Shown: piece after piece, positions 59,104 through 64,000 of the stretch
How the letters are laid out: each line of letters starts with the position of its first letter
How positions within the stretch are numbered: position 1 is the stretch's first letter
NCBI GenBank assembly: GCA_964642015.1
Contig: CAZXLF010000001.1
Span: 432,168-496,167, forward strand
Direction of reading: 5' to 3'
Length of the DNA stretch: 64,000 nt
Source of the DNA: an uncultured Planctomycetia bacterium
GTDB lineage: Bacteria; Omnitrophota; Gorgyraeia; 2-02-FULL-51-18
Notes under the pieces: model-generated
Database searches by the model: none
What the model saw: only the letters and a program-made list of their open reading frames with translations
Told to the model about the DNA's origin: nothing
Made by a program: the position numbers and the translations under genes

Positions 59104-60257
59104 TGGACCCTGCTCTTGATAGACCCGTGCAAAAGTCTCACGTCAAAAGCACAACGGACTTTTTTTCTTCGGCTAAAAAAAATCTCGCAAAGGTCAAGGT
59201 CTATCAGCCCGGCAAACCGATCGAAGAGGTGGAGCGTGAATACGGCTTAAAGAATGCCGTGAAGATGGCTTCCAATGAGAATGCCCTCGGCCCGTCTCCT
59301 AAAGCGCTGGCCGCGCTCAAAAGAAATCTTCCCAGGATCCATCGTTATCCGGACGGCAACTGTTTTTACCTGAGGAATAAGCTTGCGAAAACGCTCGGTG
59401 TTTCTCCCGAAGCTCTGGTATTCGGAAACGGCTCTGACGAGATCCTTGTTTTTGCGGTCAGGACATTCGTGAGCCATGGAGACGAGGTGATCATCGCTGA
59501 TCCCACGTTCATGATCTATGAGATCGCGACACAAGTAGAGAGCGGCGCGATCGTAAAGGTGCCTATGAAGGATTTTCACTACGATCTGGATGTGATGAGA
59601 TCACGCATCAGTGAAAGGACAAAGCTTATTTTTATCGCGAATCCCGATAATCCGGTTGGAACGTATATTTCCGAAAAAGATATTTTAAAATTCCTTAAAG
59701 CGGTACCTCCGCACATTGTCGTCGTTTTGGACGAGGCTTATTACGAATTCGCCAAAGAGAAGAAAGATTATCCGGACTCCATCGGTTTTTTATTGGGATC
59801 ATTCAGCAATCTCATCGTGGTGAGGACTTTTTCCAAGGCTTACGGTTTGAGCGGTCTGCGGATAGGGTACGGCGTCACAAGCCCCAATATCGCATACGCT
59901 TTGAATAAAGTGAGGGAGCCGTTCAATGTGAACCTTCTCGCGCAAAGCGCGGCTATCGCGGCGCTGGATGACAAAGTGCATTTAAAAAAATCTCTCGCGA
60001 TGGTTTCCGAAGGCCGAAAATTCTTATCGCGCGGTTTAAGAAGTCTCGGGGCGAACGTCGTGGATACAGCGACGAATTTTATTTTGGCTGATCTGGGCAG
60101 AGATTCAGGTGTTGTGCACGAAAAACTTTTGAGAAAAGGCATCATCATCCGGCCGATGGGCAGCTGGGGTCTGAAGACATTTATCCGTGTGACGATCGGC
60201 AAACCCGCCGAAAACAAACGATTCATGCGGACATTGGGCCAGGTGCTTAAAAATTAA
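59103..60257 (+). CDS. hisC: histidinol-phosphate / aromatic aminotransferase (class II, HisC family)
   Basis: 'KMASNENALGPSP' N-terminus and PLP-lysine region 'RTFSKAYGLSGLRIGY'. 384 aa. Context (pheA-hisC-aroF-tyrA) suggests an aromatic aminotransferase role. Confidence 0.85.
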   Translation: MDPALDRPVQKSHVKSTTDFFSSAKKNLAKVKVYQPGKPIEEVEREYGLKNAVKMASNENALGPSPKALAALKRNLPRIHRYPDGNCFYLRNKLAKTLGVSPEALVFGNGSDEILVFAVRTFVSHGDEVIIADPTFMIYEIATQVESGAIVKVPMKDFHYDLDVMRSRISERTKLIFIANPDNPVGTYISEKDILKFLKAVPPHIVVVLDEAYYEFAKEKKDYPDSIGFLLGSFSNLIVVRTFSKAYGLSGLRIGYGVTSPNIAYALNKVREPFNVNLLAQSAAIAALDDKVHLKKSLAMVSEGRKFLSRGLRSLGANVVDTATNFILADLGRDSGVVHEKLLRKGIIIRPMGSWGLKTFIRVTIGKPAENKRFMRTLGQVLKN

Positions 60258-60293
60258 AGCTAGAAAGAACATTCAAAATAACAGGAGTTCAAG

Positions 60294-61310
60294 ATGATTA
60301 TTGTTTTAAAACCTGACGTAACAAAAAAAGAGATCAAGCACATCGAAGATAAGATCCGGGAACTGGGTTTAAAGCCCATGTTGTCCGAAGGAAAAGAGAG
60401 GACGATCATCGGCGTGATCGGCGAGGAAGATCGCGCGCGCATCCAGCCGTTCGAGGCGTTCCCCGGTGTGGAAAGTGTGATGCCGATCCAGAAGCCGTAC
60501 AAATTCGTTTCACGCGAATTCAAGAAAGAAAACAGCATCGTCAAGATCGCTCCGGGGCTTGAGATCGGCGGAGAAAGGATCGTGATCATGGCCGGTCCCT
60601 GCACCGTGGAAAACCGCGAACGGCTGATCCATATCGCTGAAACGGTCAAAAAAAGCGGAGCGAAAGTGCTTCGCGGAGGCGCTTTTAAACCGCGCACATC
60701 GCCTTATTCGTTCCAAGGTTTGAAAGATAAAGGAATGAAATTCCTTTATGAAGCGAAGAAAAAAGCAGGGCTTCCGATCGTCACCGAGCTCATGGATCCG
60801 CGCGATCTGCCGCTTTTCCTGAAATACGCCGACATCATCCAGATCGGGGCCCGAAATATGCAGAACTTTGAGCTTTTAAAGGAAGTGGGGAAGACAAAGA
60901 AGCCGGTGCTTTTAAAAAGGGGCATGGCCAATACGATCAAAGATTTTTTGCTTTCCGCTGAGTACATCATATCCGAAGGAAATCACAATTGTATCCTTTG
61001 CGAGCGCGGCATTCGGACATTTGAAGACGCGACACGTTTCACGCTTGATATCAGCGCGGTGCCGGTGATCAAAAAATTAAGTCATTTGCCGGTTGTGATC
61101 GATCCTTCGCATTGCTCAGGGATCTGGGATTATGTGGCGCCTTTATCGAAGGCGGCGATCGCTGTCGGCGCGGATGGGCTTCTGATCGAAGTGCATGATG
61201 ATCCCGAGCAAGCGCTTTGCGACGGGCCTCAGGCCTTGAAACCGCACAAATTCGATGTGCTGATGAATGAGATGCGCCAGATCGCCAAAGCTATCGGGAG
61301 AACTATTTGA
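60294..61310 (+). CDS. aroF: 3-deoxy-7-phosphoheptulonate (DAHP) synthase, type I-beta (KDOPS-like) with an N-terminal ferredoxin-like regulatory domain
   Basis: N-terminal about 70-aa FL/ACT-like domain 'MIIVLKPDVTKKEIKHIEDKIRELGLKP...TIIGVIG', followed by a KDOPS/DAHPS core 'IVIMAGPCTVEN', 'GARNMQNF', 'DPSHCSG'. 338 aa. Confidence 0.85.
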   Translation: MIIVLKPDVTKKEIKHIEDKIRELGLKPMLSEGKERTIIGVIGEEDRARIQPFEAFPGVESVMPIQKPYKFVSREFKKENSIVKIAPGLEIGGERIVIMAGPCTVENRERLIHIAETVKKSGAKVLRGGAFKPRTSPYSFQGLKDKGMKFLYEAKKKAGLPIVTELMDPRDLPLFLKYADIIQIGARNMQNFELLKEVGKTKKPVLLKRGMANTIKDFLLSAEYIISEGNHNCILCERGIRTFEDATRFTLDISAVPVIKKLSHLPVVIDPSHCSGIWDYVAPLSKAAIAVGADGLLIEVHDDPEQALCDGPQALKPHKFDVLMNEMRQIAKAIGRTI

Positions 61311-62119
61311 AAAAACCTTTGTTTAACAAGGTTTGTATCGTTGGCGTCGGATTGATCGGCGGATCTTTAGGCCTTGCCATCAAGAAAAAAAAGATCGCGA
61401 ATTTTATTGTCGGTGTTGCTCGGCGCAAAACTTCCGCGATCGGGGCTGTTCAGGCCAAAGCTGTGGATATGGCGACGCTTGATCTAAAAGAAGGTATAAG
61501 CGGAGCCGATCTCGTCATATTGGCCGGCCCTATCCCTGCGATTATTTCGCAAATTCAAAGATTATCCAAATATCTCAATAAAAATACCATTATTATCGAT
61601 GTAGGCAGTTCTAAGAACAGTGTGGGCCTCGCCGCTAAAAAATATTTGCCTAAAAATCTGTTTGTCGGATGTCACCCGATGGCCGGCTCGGAAAAGACCG
61701 GTGTGAAATATGCGCACAGCGGTCTTTTTGAGGGAAGTGCGTGTTTTGTCACGAAAAACAATTCAAAAGTAAATCAACTTTGGGAGCGATTAGGTTCAAA
61801 GCCTATTTTGATCGAAGCAATCCAACATGATAAATGGGTCGCTCATGCAAGCCATTTACCGCATATTCTTTCATTTTGTCTTTTTCAGGATATCGAACGT
61901 AAATATCCGCTGAATCCGAGTATCAAGGAGTTTGAGCGTTTAGCGACGTCAAGCCCGGACCTGTGGGCCGATATTTTTTTGTCCAACGCCAAGGAGATTT
62001 TGAAAACTTCCGCGGATTTCAGAAAAAATCTCATGCAGTTCGAAAAAAACTTAAGCTTGAAAAATAAATCCAAGCTTGTCCAGCTTATTCAAAATGCCAA
62101 TAAAAAAGCGTCGGCATAG
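61307..62119 (+). CDS. tyrA: prephenate (or arogenate) dehydrogenase
   Basis: Rossmann 'VCIVGVGLIGGSLGLAIKK' and 'HPMAGSEKTG' catalytic-His motif. 270 aa. TTG start overlapping the aroF stop. Confidence 0.8.
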   Translation: MKKPLFNKVCIVGVGLIGGSLGLAIKKKKIANFIVGVARRKTSAIGAVQAKAVDMATLDLKEGISGADLVILAGPIPAIISQIQRLSKYLNKNTIIIDVGSSKNSVGLAAKKYLPKNLFVGCHPMAGSEKTGVKYAHSGLFEGSACFVTKNNSKVNQLWERLGSKPILIEAIQHDKWVAHASHLPHILSFCLFQDIERKYPLNPSIKEFERLATSSPDLWADIFLSNAKEILKTSADFRKNLMQFEKNLSLKNKSKLVQLIQNANKKASA

Positions 62120-62795
62120 ACTTATTGTTGCGATCGATGGCCCCGCCGGCAGCGGGAAATCATCCACGGCCAAGGCGCTGGCAAAACGCATCAAAACACC
62201 TTACATCGACACCGGCGCGATGTACCGCGCGCTGACGCTCAAAGCCATGAAAGAAAAAGTTCCGTTCGAGAATAAAAAAACGCTTGTTGGTCTATTGAAA
62301 AAAGCACGCATCGAGCTTCTTGGAAAAGACCCTTTCAAACAAAAAGTGAGATTGGACGGCAAGGATGTCACGAAAGCGATCCGCTTACCCGAGCTTACCA
62401 AAAATGTTTTTCATGTTGCGCAGGAACCTTTGATACGCCGCGCAATGGTTAAAAAACAGCGCGAAATGGGGATAAAGAACGGTGCCGTGATGGAGGGTCG
62501 GGACATTGGAACAAAAGTTTTTCCGGACGCTGATTTTAAATTTTATTTTGAAGCCAGTGACGAGATCCGCGCCAGGCGCCGTTACCGCGAACTTATCGCA
62601 AACGGACAGAAGGTGACTTTAGAGCAAGTGTTAAGAGACCAAAAGAAGAGAGATGCCACCGATTATAATCGTAAAGAAGGTCCTCTCAAGGCGGCAAAAG
62701 ACGCAATAGTCATAGATACAAGTTCGTTGACAATCGATGAGACTATTGATAAAATCCTTCCGATCATTGGATCCCGTTCAAATAAGCGGGGTTAG
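62076..62795 (+). CDS. cmk: cytidylate kinase
   Basis: 'LIVAIDGPAGSGKSSTAKALAKRI' P-loop typical of Cmk. 'EGRDIGTKVFPDADFKFYF' motif. The start probably lies downstream of 62076, e.g. at ATG 62094. Confidence 0.9.
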   Translation: MSSLFKMPIKKRRHRLIVAIDGPAGSGKSSTAKALAKRIKTPYIDTGAMYRALTLKAMKEKVPFENKKTLVGLLKKARIELLGKDPFKQKVRLDGKDVTKAIRLPELTKNVFHVAQEPLIRRAMVKKQREMGIKNGAVMEGRDIGTKVFPDADFKFYFEASDEIRARRRYRELIANGQKVTLEQVLRDQKKRDATDYNRKEGPLKAAKDAIVIDTSSLTIDETIDKILPIIGSRSNKRG

Positions 62796-63469
62796 TGTAT
62801 CCTGTGCCAGATAAAAAGGTTATAAAACCAAGCCCTTTATTTTACAAGCTGACGCAGATCGTTCTTTATAGATTCTATCGTATTTGCTTCGACTTTAAGC
62901 ATTACGGGACAAAAAGGGTCCCGAATGATTCGCGCGGAGTGATATTTGCGCCGAATCATGCAAGTTATCTCGACCCGCCGATCCTCGGAATTTCGCTTGA
63001 GAAGCCGATCCATTATCTCGCCAAAGATTACCTTTTCAAAGTTTTTGCATTAAGAAGGATGCTTTATTGGCTGGGATCTTTGCCGATCAAAAGCGCAAAT
63101 GACTTTCACAGCATGCGAGAGCTTTTGCGCGCTTTGAAAGAGGGCAAGCGTCTCGTGATATTTCCGGAAGGCACAAGGACGCTTGACGGTAAATTTCAGG
63201 ATGTCGAAGGCGGCGCCGGATTTTTGGCCGTGAAAAGCAAAACGTACGTAGTGCCTGTTTATATTAGCGGGACTTTTGAGGCTTTCCCGAAAGGGGTGAA
63301 GCGGTTCCGTTGCAGGCCGGTGCGGGTTTATTTCGGCACGGCGTTCATTCCTTGCGAAGACAAAGAGTTGATGGCCAAAGAGGATCCGTATCTGGCTGTC
63401 AGCCAAAAGATCATGAGCGAGATAAAAAAGATCAAAGACGAAGTTGACCAAGGTATCTATAAAGGTTAA
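62795..63469 (+). CDS. plsC: 1-acyl-sn-glycerol-3-phosphate acyltransferase
   Basis: 'IFAPNHASYLDPPIL' HX4D motif and 'VIFPEGTRT' motif. 224 aa. Canonical cmk-plsC-rpsA neighbourhood. Confidence 0.85.
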   Translation: MYPVPDKKVIKPSPLFYKLTQIVLYRFYRICFDFKHYGTKRVPNDSRGVIFAPNHASYLDPPILGISLEKPIHYLAKDYLFKVFALRRMLYWLGSLPIKSANDFHSMRELLRALKEGKRLVIFPEGTRTLDGKFQDVEGGAGFLAVKSKTYVVPVYISGTFEAFPKGVKRFRCRPVRVYFGTAFIPCEDKELMAKEDPYLAVSQKIMSEIKKIKDEVDQGIYKG

Positions 63470-63582
63470 AGTTCAAAAATTTTTTCGGGAAGAAATAGGA
63501 TAGTCCGCTCAAAACAAGTTCGTTTGTGGTCATCTTATCCCGATAGAGCCTGTCAGAACGACAGCTCAGGAAGGAAGTAAGC

Positions 63583-64000
63583 ATGTTGCAGGGTATCGAA
63601 AAATTCTCATCGCTCGATGAGGAAAATAACTCTAAAGGCGATGGTTTTGAAATAGATTATAACCAAACGTTCCGGCGTTTTGGTCAGGGGCATGTTGTTA
63701 AAGGCCGTATCATCTCGGTCGGGACGAAGGACGTGATCGTCGACATCGGATATAAATCCGAAGGCGTGATCCCGGCGCACGAATTTGATTCTCCCGAATC
63801 TTTGAAAATCGGCGATGAGATCGAGGTCCTGCTCGAGGAAACGGAAAATGACAAAGGGCGTATCGTTCTTTCACGCCGCCGCGCTGAGAAGAGCCAGGGC
63901 TGGGACCGTATCGTCGAGCAATACGGCGAAGGCGATAACGTTGAGGGTAAGGTCGTCCGCAAGGTGAAAGGCGGTCTCATGATGGATATCGGCGTCGAGG
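63583..64000 (+). CDS. rpsA: 30S ribosomal protein S1, 3'-truncated at the window edge
   Basis: RBS AGGAAGGAAG before the ATG at 63583. First S1 domain 'GHVVKGRIISVGTKDVIVDIGYKSEGVIPAHEF' then a second 'GDNVEGKVVRKVKGGLMMDIG'. The reading frame is open to the window end. Confidence 0.85.
   Translation, partial: MLQGIEKFSSLDEENNSKGDGFEIDYNQTFRRFGQGHVVKGRIISVGTKDVIVDIGYKSEGVIPAHEFDSPESLKIGDEIEVLLEETENDKGRIVLSRRRAEKSQGWDRIVEQYGEGDNVEGKVVRKVKGGLMMDIGVE

Overview
This 64 kb window is a densely packed, entirely co-directional stretch of a bacterial chromosome. All roughly 60 protein-coding genes are on the + strand. Many adjacent genes overlap by 1 to 40 bp, and the few intergenic gaps are about 100 to 135 bp. 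I found no tRNA or rRNA genes, no CRISPR array and no mobile element.

The content is almost entirely housekeeping and the organism is clearly diderm. The genes fall into these blocks:
- translation and replication: holB' (5'-truncated), metG, proS, trpS, infB, nusA, rimP, topA, dprA, xerC, scpAB;
- amino-acid biosynthesis: ilvBNC-leuA, aroE/aroC/aroK, pheA-hisC-aroF-tyrA, serA with a class-V aminotransferase;
- isoprenoid and lipid metabolism: uppS-cdsA-dxr-rseP, plsC;
- an 18 kb contiguous envelope block (21.1-39.4 kb) with the late lipid A steps (waaA, lpxK, lpxL), a run of glycosyltransferase and heptosyltransferase domains, the heptose kinase, the complete Kdo pathway (kdsB, kdsA, kdsD, kdsC) with pyrG embedded, and LPS export (lptC/A-like, lptB).

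Gene order resembles Firmicutes-like conserved syntenies (smf-topA-xerC, metG-tatD, tig-clpP, rimP-nusA-infB), but several genes expected inside those blocks (rpoN, clpX, lptA) are missing.

I found no canonical defence or mobile system. The most unusual items are domain architectures:
- a ThiS/MoaD-type sulfur-carrier domain, ending in the conserved Gly-Gly, translationally fused to the N-terminus of DNA topoisomerase I;
- a lipid A lauroyl-acyltransferase fused to an Elm1/DUF1022-like domain of unknown function;
- four GT9 heptosyltransferase modules spread over three ORFs (GT4+GT9, GT9, GT9+GT9), each ending in a Cys4 motif, together with a NodB-type deacetylase and a DUF3108-like secreted protein;
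- a prepilin peptidase inside the shikimate operon.

Several GC-rich or hexamer-repeat hairpins sit in the few intergenic gaps. All functional calls are by recognisable sequence motifs and homology from memory. No database search was possible.
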